Of a stretch of DNA of 64,000 nucleotides, positions 1 to 9,975 are shown piece after piece. The notes under the pieces are model-generated. The model saw only the letters and a list, made by a program, of their open reading frames with translations. It was not told the DNA's origin and ran no database searches. Numbering within the stretch: position 1 is the stretch's first letter; every line of letters begins with the position of its first letter. A program made the position numbers and the translations under genes. This DNA is from Squalus acanthias (taxonomy: Eukaryota): contig CM059438.1 in NCBI GenBank assembly GCA_030390025.1, positions 54,996,001-55,060,000 of the forward strand. The letters run 5' to 3'.

Positions 1-17
1 ACATACAATTTTTCAAG

Positions 18-2075
18 AAAAATACTGCGGATGCTGGAAATGTGAAATAAAAATAGAAAATGCAGATTGGGCAGCATTAGGGTTGCCAACCCTCCAGGAT
101 TGGCCTGGAGTCTCCAGGAATTAAAGATTCATCTCCAGGACACTGCTGCCAGCAAACCCAGGAGAAAAATCATCAATTGTATGTTGTTTTCATTTTCTTT
201 GAGCATTTTTATTTATTTGTTGTAAAAATATGGAGATGGGAAAAAAAGGCTGTTTGACTGGACAGGGCAGTTCCAGGCAGGAGGTCAAGTGATGAAACCT
301 CCAGGGATATGGCCAACCAGAGTTGGCAACTCAAGGCAGCATCTGCGGCGAGAGAAACAAATGCCTCAGGTCAATGATCTTTCATCAGAACAGGAAGAAG
401 TTAGAGATTTAATAGTTTATAAGCAAGTGGAGACAAGGAGAACCCTATCGTGGTTCTGGGAGGGAGGGGAAGGTGTGAGGGCAGAAATGGGACGGACACG
501 GGCAAGGGCCCTGTCAACCATGGTAGAGGGGAAGATAAAAGGAAGACATATCGGAAGCACTGGAATGGAAGGTGGCATTGTCAGAACAGCCGAGACAGAG
601 AAACTGGGAGAATGGAAGAGAGTCCTTTCTGGAAGCAGCGTGGAAGGAAGTGTAATCAGGGTAGCTGTGGAGGTCAGTAGGATTATAGCAGATATTGGTG
701 GACAGCCTATCCCCAGAAAGGGAGATAGAGAAGTCAAGCAAGAGCCCGAGATGGACCATGTGAAGGTGAGGAAGGGATGGAAGTTGGAAGCAAAGTTGGA
801 GAAATTTTCCAGTTTGGGTGAGAGGAAGAAGCGGCATCAACACAGTCATCAATGTACTGGGGAAAGGAGTAAGGGAGGAGACCTGTGTAGGACTGGAACA
901 AAGAATGTTCCACATGTCCCATGGAAAGGCAGGCATAGCCAGGAGCCATACGGGTTCCCATAGCAACACCTTTTATTTGGAGGAAGTGAGTGGAGTCAAA
1001 GGAGAAATTGTTCAATGTAAGAACAAGTTCAGCCAGGAGGAGGAGGAGGGTGGTGGATGGGAGCTGTTTGGGCCTCTGTTCAAGGAAGAAGCGGAGAGCC
1101 CGCAGGCCATCCTAGTGGGGGTTGGAGGTGTAGAGGGACTGGACATCCATTGTGAAAAGGAGACATTTAGGGCCAGGAAACTGTTAAAGTGATGGAGGGA
1201 ATTAGAAGAATCGCGGATGTAGGTCAGAAGAGACTGGACAAGGGGGAAAAAAAGTCGAGATAGAAAGAAATAAGTTATGTGGGGCAGGAACAGGCTGAAA
1301 CTATGGATCTACCTGGGCAGTCCGGTTTGTGGATCTTGGGAAGGAGGTAGATGCGGGCTTTGCAGTGTTGGGGGATTATTAGGTTGGAGGCTGTGGGGGG
1401 ATGAGGTCAGTGACGGTCTGGGAAACGATGGCTTAATGTTCGGTGGTGGGATCATATCCAGGGGGAGGTGGGAGGAGATATCAGAGTTGGTGTTCAGTCT
1501 CCGCAAGATAGAGGTCTGTTCGTTAAAAAAACCAAGTGCCTCCCTTGTCAGCAGGTTTAATGACAATGTGAGGGTTAGACCGGAGGGAACGGAGTGCTGC
1601 AAGCTCAGAGGGAGATAGATTAGAGAGTGGAGTGGAGAAATTGAGACGGCCAAAGTCACACTGGCAGCTCCCAATGAAAAGATGGAGAGGGGGTAAGAAC
1701 AGAGGGAGGGGTTCATGTGGAACGGGAATTCTGAAGATGGTAGAAAGGTTTTGCTGTGTGGGGTGCTTACTGCTAACACTGTGCATTCGTGAAACAGGGC
1801 CTCTACTGGAGCAATAAAGCAGTAAGGCGTGGAGTGGAGCAAGTTATTACAATTGAGAATAAAGATGCTCTCTGAAAGAGAGGTCAAGACAAGTCCTTCA
1901 ATTGTTTTTCCTCAACTTCCCCCATTTAATGCTCGAGACCTGTAATATTTGTCAGTTCTGAGACTTTATACCTGATTTGTCAATGGACTTTGGTTTTCCC
2001 CACAGGTGCTGCCTGACCTGCTGAGAGTCTCCAGTGTTTTTGTTTCAGATTTCCAGTATTTTGCTTTCTGTTCAC
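18..2075 (-). mobile_element. Penelope-like retroelement, degraded, with pLTR-type repeats at both ends in inverted orientation
   Basis: Minus ORF 734-1015 reads NNFSFDSTHFLQIKGVAMGTRMAPGYACL, and 1523-1786 contains IVIKPADKGG; both are PLE RT motifs. The terminal repeat (aatactgcggatgctggaaa...ggcagcatctg...tttcatcagaac) is at 18-390, and an inverted degenerate copy is at about 1950-2075. Confidence 0.85.
78..334. mobile_element. Non-autonomous hAT-type MITE inserted in the Penelope terminal repeat
   Basis: TIRs tagggttgccaac (78-90) and gttggcaactcaa (322-334). Perfect 8-bp TSD ggcagcat at 70-77 and 335-342. Confidence 0.85.
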
Positions 2076-2087
2076 AACCAACTATAA

Positions 2088-2631
2088 GGCTGATGTTAAC
2101 CCTGCCCCCCAGTGGAAACAATACTTGCTGTGCTGTGACATGTTGATGCCCGGCGCCATTTAAACTGCCGGGAATTCGGCCGCATTGAGGCCGCCCAGTG
2201 CGGGTCCGATGACGTCATTCAGACCCGACATGGTTTTAATTGCCGATCGCGCAGTGTTGCCTACTGCCGGAGCTGCCAGTGAACATGAACGGCACGCAGG
2301 AGCAGGGCCAGGAGAGGCCAACAAAAGTAGGGATTTAGGAAAAAAAAAGTGGTTTTCCTTATGGGCCGGGAGGAACAGGAGAGCTCTTCCGGGCTGCGCA
2401 AGGGAACCTTGGGCCACCACTGCCTGGGTTTCCGACCCTCGTCTGCGATTACCTCAAGACGCTCCACCCCACCACGCCCGACAACTTACCGTATGCCAGG
2501 GACTGTTCAGTTGGGTTCCAGTGACAGCCTCATGTCACCCAAAATCTCACTCTTGCTGCTGGCCTGGTAGCGATTCCTGCTGGATTCGTGCACAAGTCCG
2601 ATTTGGATGATTTAAATGAGTTAAAATGTCC
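2088..2631. mobile_element. Probable degenerate GC-rich MITE (Harbinger-like)
   Basis: Ends ggctgatgttaac / gttaaaatgtcc weakly resemble the other Harbinger TIRs in the window. The interior is GC-rich with no convincing coding signal. Confidence 0.3.
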
Positions 2632-2674
2632 TGGGCTTCACATTGTGGGGGACTAAATGGATTTTTAAATTTTT

Positions 2675-3641
2675 TTAATTTATTCGTTCCTGGGATGTCC
2701 CTAATTGCCCTTGAGCAGGTGGTGGTGAGCTGCTGCAGTCCATGTGGTGAAGGTATACAGTGCTGACTTTGTAGTTGCGGTTTGGTACAACGGAGTGGCT
2801 TGCTGGGCCATTTCAGAGGGCAGTTAAGAGTCAACCACATTGCTGTGGGCCTGGAGTCACATATAGGCCAGACCAGGTAAGGAGGGCAGATTTCCTTCCC
2901 TAAAGGACAGTATTTGACCCTGAAATGAGCTTGCGACCACATATCCGCAGCATAACAAAGACCGTCTACTTCCACCTCCGTAACATCGCCCATCTCCGCC
3001 CTTGCCTCAGCTCATCTGCTGCTGAAACCCTCATTCATGCCTTTGTTACCTCTAGACTTGACTATTCCTGGCTGGCCTCCCACATTCCACCCTACGTAAA
3101 CTTGAGGTCATCCAAAACTCGGCTGCCCGTGTCCTAACTCACACCAAGTCCCGTTCGCCCATCACCCCTGTGCTCGCTGACCTACATTGGCTCCCAGTTA
3201 AGCAACACCTCGATTTCAAAATTCTCATCCTCGTTTTCAAATCCCGCCATGGCCTCGCCCCGCCCTATCTCTGTAACCTCCTTCAGCCCCACAGCCCCCC
3301 GAGATATCTGCGCTCCTCTAATTCTGCCCTCGAGCATCCCCGATTATAATCACTCCACCATTGGTGGCCGTGCCTTCTGTTGCCTGGGCCCTAAGCTCTG
3401 GAATTCCCTGCCGAAACCTCTCCGCCTCTCTACCTCTTTCCTCCTTTAAGACGCTCCTTAAAACCTAGCTCTTTGACCAAGCTTTTGGTCACCTGCCCTA
3501 ATTTATCCTTGGATGGATCGGTGTCAAATTTTTTGTCTTAAAATACTTCTGTGCAGCGCCTTGGGACGTTTTACTACGTTAAAGGCACTATATAAATACA
3601 AGTTGTTGTTGTAGTAGTGAACCAGATGGGTTTTTACGACA
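2675..3641 (-). mobile_element. SINE or short derivative sharing the 3' end of the second LINE family, split by an L2 insertion
   Basis: 2675-2765 matches the reverse complement of the LINE tail at 41310-41440. The body ...ccctaaaggacagta resumes as agtagtgaaccagatggg at about 3613 after the L2. Confidence 0.6.
2910..3612 (+). mobile_element. L2 LINE, 3' fragment
   Basis: ORF reads HIRSITKTVYFHLRNIAHLRP...AETLIHAFVTSRLDY, followed by GGRAF..GPKLWNSLP. Ends in an L2-type tail ggcactatataaatacaagttgttgttgt. Confidence 0.9.
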
Positions 3642-3739
3642 CTTTCATTGTTTCCGTTCGCGTACGTTCTGGACCGGGCCCCTCACTTCTATTTCCCCCT
3701 TTTTCCGTTAGTTGACTTTCCTAACAAAGCAAATTTCTC

Positions 3740-3977
3740 GTGCTTGCGCAGTTCCAGTTATTTTGCTGTGACGTCATCTTCAGCGACTGCAGACTCTTCA
3801 TTACCTTCCAAGACGCACGTGTCCCGTGAAAAACATAAGCAGCGTAAAGATGGCGGCGGTCAAAAGCAGAGCGAGGCCAGCCTGCGAGTGAGACAGTGGG
3901 GCCACCAATCCACCAGAATCAGTCAGCGAGACGCGAGGATGTGCTGCTGCACGGTCGGCTGACAGCTCGGTGTGAGT
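3740..3977 (+). promoter_or_regulatory. CpG-rich promoter / putative first exon of an unidentified host gene
   Basis: TGCGCA 3745-3750, CRE TGACGTCA 3769-3776, E-box CACGTG 3816-3821, YY1-type AAGATGGCGGC 3847-3857, donor-like GTGAGT 3972-3977, and high CpG density. Confidence 0.55.
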
Positions 3978-4270
3978 GTGGGAAGGATGAACCAAGAGGT
4001 GTGGGGGCTCTGTGTGGGCCGGGTGCTCTCCGGGGACAGGGGGGCCACCTGGGAGAATCCACCACCCCCACCCCGGAGGCTGGTATTGGTATTGATGATC
4101 CGAGGTGACCCGGACCCAGAGCGAGCAACCCCTCCCAGAGTGGCAAAGGGCAGGGGGATGACGGACAGACCGGCGCCGCTCGCACTCGGAGAATCACAAC
4201 AATCACATCGACAAGTCACGACTACAGTATCCCATACCACCCTCTCCACCTGCATCATCAGCAAGTCGGG

Positions 4271-4502
4271 GCTCCCCCTCCACCCCTACCCTACCCATCC
4301 ACGGCTCCCCCTCCACCCCTACCCTACCCATCCACGGCTCCCCCTCCACCCCTACCCTACCCATCCACGGCTCCCCCTCCACCCCTACCCTACCCATCCA
4401 CGGCTCCCCCTCCACCCCTACCCTACCCATCCACGGCTCCCCCTCCACCCCTACCCTACCCATCCACGGCTCCCCCTCCACCCCTACCCTACCCATCCAC
4501 GT
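4271..4502. repeat. 33-bp minisatellite, about 7 identical copies
   Basis: Unit gctccccctccacccctaccctacccatccacg. Confidence 0.95.
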
Positions 4503-4785
4503 CATGAACAATGGGGCAGCTGTGCCTCAATTGATGCCTGCTGCCTCCAACATGGAAAATGTAGCTGAGGCCTTTTCATTTGCCTTTGAAAGAAATGTTG
4601 AAATTAAACTTCGCTGTGTTGTGAAAGATAATAAAATGATTTTATTTTGATACTAAAGTGTGTTGGGGATTGTCATTCTGATAATGTGTATTTTTCTCCC
4701 ATAGTGAGCGGCCCCATCCCATTCCCCCAGTCCTTAACCCGGAGACAGGAATGGAGTGGTGCGGGTTACTCAATTGCTGAGCTTT

Positions 4786-5285
4786 NNNNNNNNNNNNNNN
4801 NNNNNNNNNNNNNNNNNNNNNNNNNNNNNNNNNNNNNNNNNNNNNNNNNNNNNNNNNNNNNNNNNNNNNNNNNNNNNNNNNNNNNNNNNNNNNNNNNNNN
4901 NNNNNNNNNNNNNNNNNNNNNNNNNNNNNNNNNNNNNNNNNNNNNNNNNNNNNNNNNNNNNNNNNNNNNNNNNNNNNNNNNNNNNNNNNNNNNNNNNNNN
5001 NNNNNNNNNNNNNNNNNNNNNNNNNNNNNNNNNNNNNNNNNNNNNNNNNNNNNNNNNNNNNNNNNNNNNNNNNNNNNNNNNNNNNNNNNNNNNNNNNNNN
5101 NNNNNNNNNNNNNNNNNNNNNNNNNNNNNNNNNNNNNNNNNNNNNNNNNNNNNNNNNNNNNNNNNNNNNNNNNNNNNNNNNNNNNNNNNNNNNNNNNNNN
5201 NNNNNNNNNNNNNNNNNNNNNNNNNNNNNNNNNNNNNNNNNNNNNNNNNNNNNNNNNNNNNNNNNNNNNNNNNNNNNNNNNNNNN
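4786..5285. other. Assembly gap (500 N)
   Basis: Run of N. Confidence 1.
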
Positions 5286-5780
5286 CCCCCTCCCCCACAC
5301 ACCGGGGTCCCCATTCCCCCCCCCCCACACACCGGGGTCCCCATTCCCCCCCCCCCCACACACCGGGGTCCCCATTCCCCCATCGCGCGAGCCGGCGCTT
5401 CCCGCGCAGCACGTGACCGGGGCTGGCGCCCGCCGCTCGATGGACAGCCGGCGGATGGAGGCCGGGGACCGAGGATTACCCCCCCCGGGGGGGTAGCCGG
5501 TCAGTGTCGCTCTCCCTTACCTTCAGGGCGGTGTGTGTCACCCCGGGAGCGGGCCCGTCCCCCAGTCGCTCCGCCCTGGCCTGGAGCCTGGCCCAGTGGC
5601 GCTGGCCCCGCCGCTTGTCGCTTTGATCCTCCGCTGGGCTCCCCTGGCGGCCTGCTGGGTGAAAGGTGAGGTGATGCTGAGCCCCACTGGCCAGCAAGGT
5701 GCCATGTCCGGCCCGGGTCCGAGTTAGCTGTCCTGAGCCGGGAGCCGCCGTTGGGATGTTGCGGGAGGGCGAGGGGTCAA
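5286..5780. promoter_or_regulatory. CpG island segment beginning with a C-rich ~30-bp tandem repeat (ccccccacacaccggggtccccattc)
   Basis: Very high GC and CpG content. Three repeat units abut the gap. Confidence 0.6.
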
Positions 5781-6294
5781 AGGCCGGCCTTTGTGAGCGG
5801 GTGGGTCTGCTGGAAGGTGTGTCTGTGTGTGGACACCAGGTGAGCAGAGGCTGGTGTCTACCTTGGAGTGGCTCGCCAACAGCAAGTGTCTAGGCTTACA
5901 AATGAAGAATGATTCAGGTATGAGAGGCTGCAAACACCTGTAGAACTGTCCTGCAGAAACACTCAGTACCTTCTGGAGACAACAAGATAATATTGGCCAT
6001 GGAAATCAAATAGCCAACGGCAGTATTAATGACAATAATAAATTGGCAATTTGCTGATGTGGGCCACCTCCCCCTCAGATTACCTTTTTGCTCAGATGTG
6101 GTGATAAGTGAAACAGCTAACCTTTTTCAATCCTCTCTGGCTGCAGGTGTGGTGCCGGAGGACTGCTAATGTCTGTTTTTTCAAATTTATTTCTGGGATG
6201 TAGGTGTCGCTGGCAAGGCCAGCATTTATTGCCCATCCCTAATTGTCCTTGAGAAGGTGGTGGTGAGCCGCCTTCTTGTTCGTGTGGTGAAGTA

Positions 6295-7264
6295 CTAGGT
6301 CCCTTGCTTTTTTGTGGTATACATCAATGATTTAGACTTCAGTGTAGGGGCATGATTAAGAAGTTTGCAGATGATACAAAAATTGACCATGTGGTTGATA
6401 GTGAGGAAGAAAGCTGTAGACTGCAGGAAGATTTCACTGGTCAGGTGGGCAGAACAGTGGCAAATGGAATTCAATCCAGAGAAGTGTGAGATAATGCATT
6501 TGGGGAGGGCAAGGGAATACACAATAAATGGTAGGATACTGAGAAGTGTAGAGGAACAGTGGGACCTTGGAGTGCATGTCCACAGATCCCTGAAGGTAGC
6601 AGGACAGATAGATAAGGCGGTTAAGAAGGCATACGGGATACTTGCCTTTATTAGCTGAGGCATAGAATATAAGAGCAGGGAGGTTATACTTGAACTGTAT
6701 AAAACACTAGCTGGGCCACAGCTGGAGTATTGTGTACAGTTCTGGTCATCACATTACAGGAAAGATGTGATTGCATTAGAGAGGTTACAGAGGAGATTTA
6801 CGAGGAAGTTGCCAGGACTGGAGAATTTTAGCTGAGGAAAGATTGGCTAGGCTGGGGTTGTTTTCTTTGGAACAGAGGAGGTTGAGGGGAGACATGATTG
6901 AGGTGTATAAAATTATGAGGGGCCTAGATAGAGTGGATAGGAAGGACCTATTTCTCTTAGCAGATAGGTCAATAACCAGGGGGCATAGATTTAAAGTAAT
7001 TGGTAGAAGGATTAGAGGGGAGTTGAGGAGAACTTTTTTCACCCAGAGGGTGGTGGGGGTCTGGAACTCACTGCTTGAAAGGGTGGTAGAGGCAGAAACC
7101 CTCATCAGATTTAAAAAGTACTGGCTATGCACTTGAAGTGCCGTAACCTACAAGGCTACGGACCAAGAGCTGGAAAGTGGGATTAGGCTGGATGGCTCTT
7201 TTTAGCCGGCACAGACACGATGGGTCGAATGGCCTCTTTCTGTGCCATAAATTTCTATGATTCT
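6295..7264 (+). mobile_element. CR1 LINE, 5'-truncated (RT C-terminus and 3' UTR)
   Basis: WAEQWQMEFNPEKCEIMHLG and RRTFFTQRVVGVWNSL motifs; tail ttctatgattcta. Preceded by a minus-strand tail of the second LINE family at 6175-6294. Confidence 0.9.
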
Positions 7265-8581
7265 AATCGGAGCACAATATGCTGTTGTCTGAATTTACAG
7301 AAGATGAGCAGGGTGGATGTTTTTCTCACCTGCATTCTCTGCTCCTGACCGGGTGGCCTCTGGTATATCAATATAGTGGGCATCCTGTGAGCCTTTCAGA
7401 GAGAGTCAGCAGATTATTTGACCGCAGGAGAGCGATTACAGCAGAGCTGAATATGCCCCAAGACGGAGGCACCAAGCCCAGTTGTAGTGCTCTACTGCTG
7501 CACTGCCTGAGATCAGCTAGCTCATCGCAGATCCAACCTGATCAGTACAGTGCAGCTACTCACTGGATAAACTCCCTCAGCCACTGGGGGAAATAATGTG
7601 GCTGCTCTGGAGCATGTCTCGTCTAGAGTAGGGAACGGACCATAATTCCAAAACAAGTGGGTCAGGTTCCTGCGCTCCTACTGATAGAGACTGTGCCTCG
7701 CTTTGCCTCGGAGGTCTTGAGAGGCAAAGCTTCATCGTTTCAGGACTATGTAACCATAAGTAGAAATGACTGAGTGTGCTCATGTGTGTACAATTTCTAT
7801 CTACGAACACTGCGTAGATGACCTGCAAAGTCAAATTCTGTACAAGAAAACTTCCTGAGTTAGGGGTAAAAGGCATCACCTGGTGTGGGACTGAGCCAAA
7901 CCGAGCAGGAATGTGCTCGGTCCAGTTCCTGGTCTGTGCCGAGTTACAGCTGGGACACTACAATTGGTCTTGGAGTACCTGGCCGAGGGAGAGAGAAAAA
8001 TCCATCAAGAATTAGTATTGCCAACTCTGGAGATTTCAAAGTGAAATGAAGCTTCACTCGCGATGGAACGCCTAAATCTCACGGGAGCGGGCGCCAGTTT
8101 TAAATTAGCGCCAGCAGCCCGGGCCCAAACCGGAGCCTGGGCCTATCGAGCCACCTCCGCGAGACAGGGGGATGAGCGGCCCAAAGATCAGCCCTTGGTT
8201 CCACACCACAATACAGGGATTAGCGGGGGATTATGGAGCGGGGGCGGTTAGCCCGTGTAAGTACCAGCGTTCCGGAGCCATCCGTTGAAGGTAAGGAATA
8301 TGGTCAGCGACTGGTGAGGGTGAGAGGGTTGGAAATGTGCCTTCTATCGCTGCCTTACAAGTAATGCATTTTTATAACTTGCTGAGATGAACGGATGGAG
8401 TAACGACGGCTCCTGAATAGCAGAACCAATGTTGCGGCTATGATGTGGCAGGAGGGACGGTTGCGACTGAAGCACATGCCAAGCGGCTCAAAGGTTTGAC
8501 GCTGGAGGTTAAGTGTTTAGAGGCCCGGAAGGAAAGGGGCGAACAATACTACTAATTAGGAGACTGTTTTAACAAATAAAG

Positions 8582-8786
8582 ATGCCAGCAGGGGTGGTCC
8601 TGGCCTCCTTACTTAAAGATGCTGGGGACAAGCATTCTAGCAGTGTTGGCAGGAGCAGAAGTAGTATACAGGTACTACAGACCAGATTTGAGTATTCCAG
8701 AAATTCCATCTAAACTAGGTGAGCTTAAAACAGAACTTCTGAAAAACATTGAAGGAAGTGGAACAGAAGATTCAAGTGCTCCGTGA
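8582..8786 (+). pseudogene. UQCC6: Intronless, frameshifted copy of UQCC6/BRAWNIN (C12orf73), complex III assembly microprotein; probable retrocopy
   Basis: Manual translation gives MPAGV-(+1 G)-SWPPYLKMLGTSILAVLAGAEVVYRYYRPDLSIPEIPSKLGELKTELL..., which matches the BRAWNIN signature AGAEVVHRYYRPDLTIPEIPPK.GELKTELL as I recall it. There is no intron, and an A13 run lies at 8827-8839. Confidence 0.85.
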
Positions 8787-9403
8787 AGTATATTGGACAG
8801 CTACAGACACCAACTTAAATTTAATTAAAAAAAAAAAAATATGGTTGACTTACCAAAAACATTGTAAAATTATTTTGACACCTTTTTAAAAAATGATATA
8901 AAAGTTTTGTGGGCATAATGTTCCACAATCTCAAAAACATTTGCCGTTGCCCGGGCAACCGACTTGGTGGCAAGGCGGGGGGTGGGGGGGTGGGCTGGGG
9001 TGCAGCACCAGGGTCTCCGGGGGTTGCCGAGTTCAGCAAGCGCCCTGCTCGTCTCCCCCATTTCATTTGGAGGTGGGGAGCGCAGTCTTAAACGCACAAG
9101 TTAGGGGTCTAACTCACTCTATCGAGTGTGATGTGAATGTCTTGTGATTTAATGAGGCAGATTGACTTGGTGTTTGCAGTCAGGGGCCGCAGTCACTGAA
9201 AACATGAGATAATCTCATTCGCCACCCAATTAAATATGTTCTAAGTGTTAAAACCTACAATTTCTTCAGATAATAGCCTACTGACTGTGCAAAATTCTGC
9301 ATATGCAGTTGGATTGTAGCCATTGCTGCTATATGGGTTTATATTTTGTTTTTGCTTGTAGCACAAGCAGTGTTCCAATAAATTAACAGCCATTTTAATA
9401 CAA

Positions 9404-9550
9404 TAGCAAAATACTGCGGATGCTGGAAATCTGAAATAACAACAGAAAACGCTGGAAAAACTCAGCAGGCCAGGCAACATCCGTGGAGAGAGAAACAGAG
9501 TTAACGTTTCAGGTCGAAAACCTTTCGTCAGAACTGGAAAAAAGCAGGAA
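9404..9550 (-). mobile_element. Solo Penelope-like terminal repeat
   Basis: Same repeat as 18-390 (aaaatactgcggatgctggaaatctgaaata...cagcaggccaggcaacatc...). Confidence 0.85.
9499..9535 (-). ncRNA. Minimal type I hammerhead ribozyme motif (PLE-associated)
   Basis: Minus strand reads AGUU-CUGACGA-A-AGGU(UUUCG)ACCU-GAAA-CG-UU-AACU. It has both conserved core boxes, stem I AGUU/AACU, stem II, and a palindromic loopless stem III (AACGUU). Confidence 0.75.
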
Positions 9551-9677
9551 ATGGAACAGATTTAACAACTCATTTCAATCTTTCCTGGTCTGTTACACTG
9601 GTACATTGAAGAGTGTTGAACACTGGCTTACTGGCTATGTTATCTCAAAGAAGGAAATGAATTGTCCAGAAGTCAAT

Positions 9678-9975
9678 AACAGCAGCAACAACAACTTGCA
9701 TTTATATAGCACCTTTCACATAGTTAAACGTTCAAGGCGCTTCACAGGAGCGTTATCAAACAAAACTTGACACCGAGTTACATGAGATATTAGGACAGGT
9801 CAAAGCTTGGTCAAAGAGGTAGGTTTTAAGGAGCGTCTTAAAGGAGGAGAGGCGGTGAGGTTTAGAGTCAAGGCAGCTGAATGCATGGCCATCAATGGTG
9901 GAGCGATTAAAATCAGGAATGCCCGAATTGGAGGAGCGCAGAGATCTCGGAGGGTTGTAGGGCTGGAGGAGGTTA
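9678..9975 (-). mobile_element. L2 3' fragment
   Basis: Reverse complement of the L2 tail (caacaacttgcatttatatagcacc) and adjacent ORF2 end. Confidence 0.85.

Noticed and set aside
289..1887. Several 100-224-aa ORFs
   Set aside because: Antisense or shifted frames of the degraded Penelope ORF.
3850..3891. ATGGCGGCG as a host CDS start
   Set aside because: The frame closes after 13 codons (TGA). At most it is a uORF or a YY1 site.
3972..4568. 198-aa ORF with LPLHPYPTHPR repeats
   Set aside because: It is the translation of the 33-bp minisatellite and starts at a GTG that looks like a splice donor.
4642..5669. Long ORFs spanning the N run
   Set aside because: Artefacts of the assembly gap.
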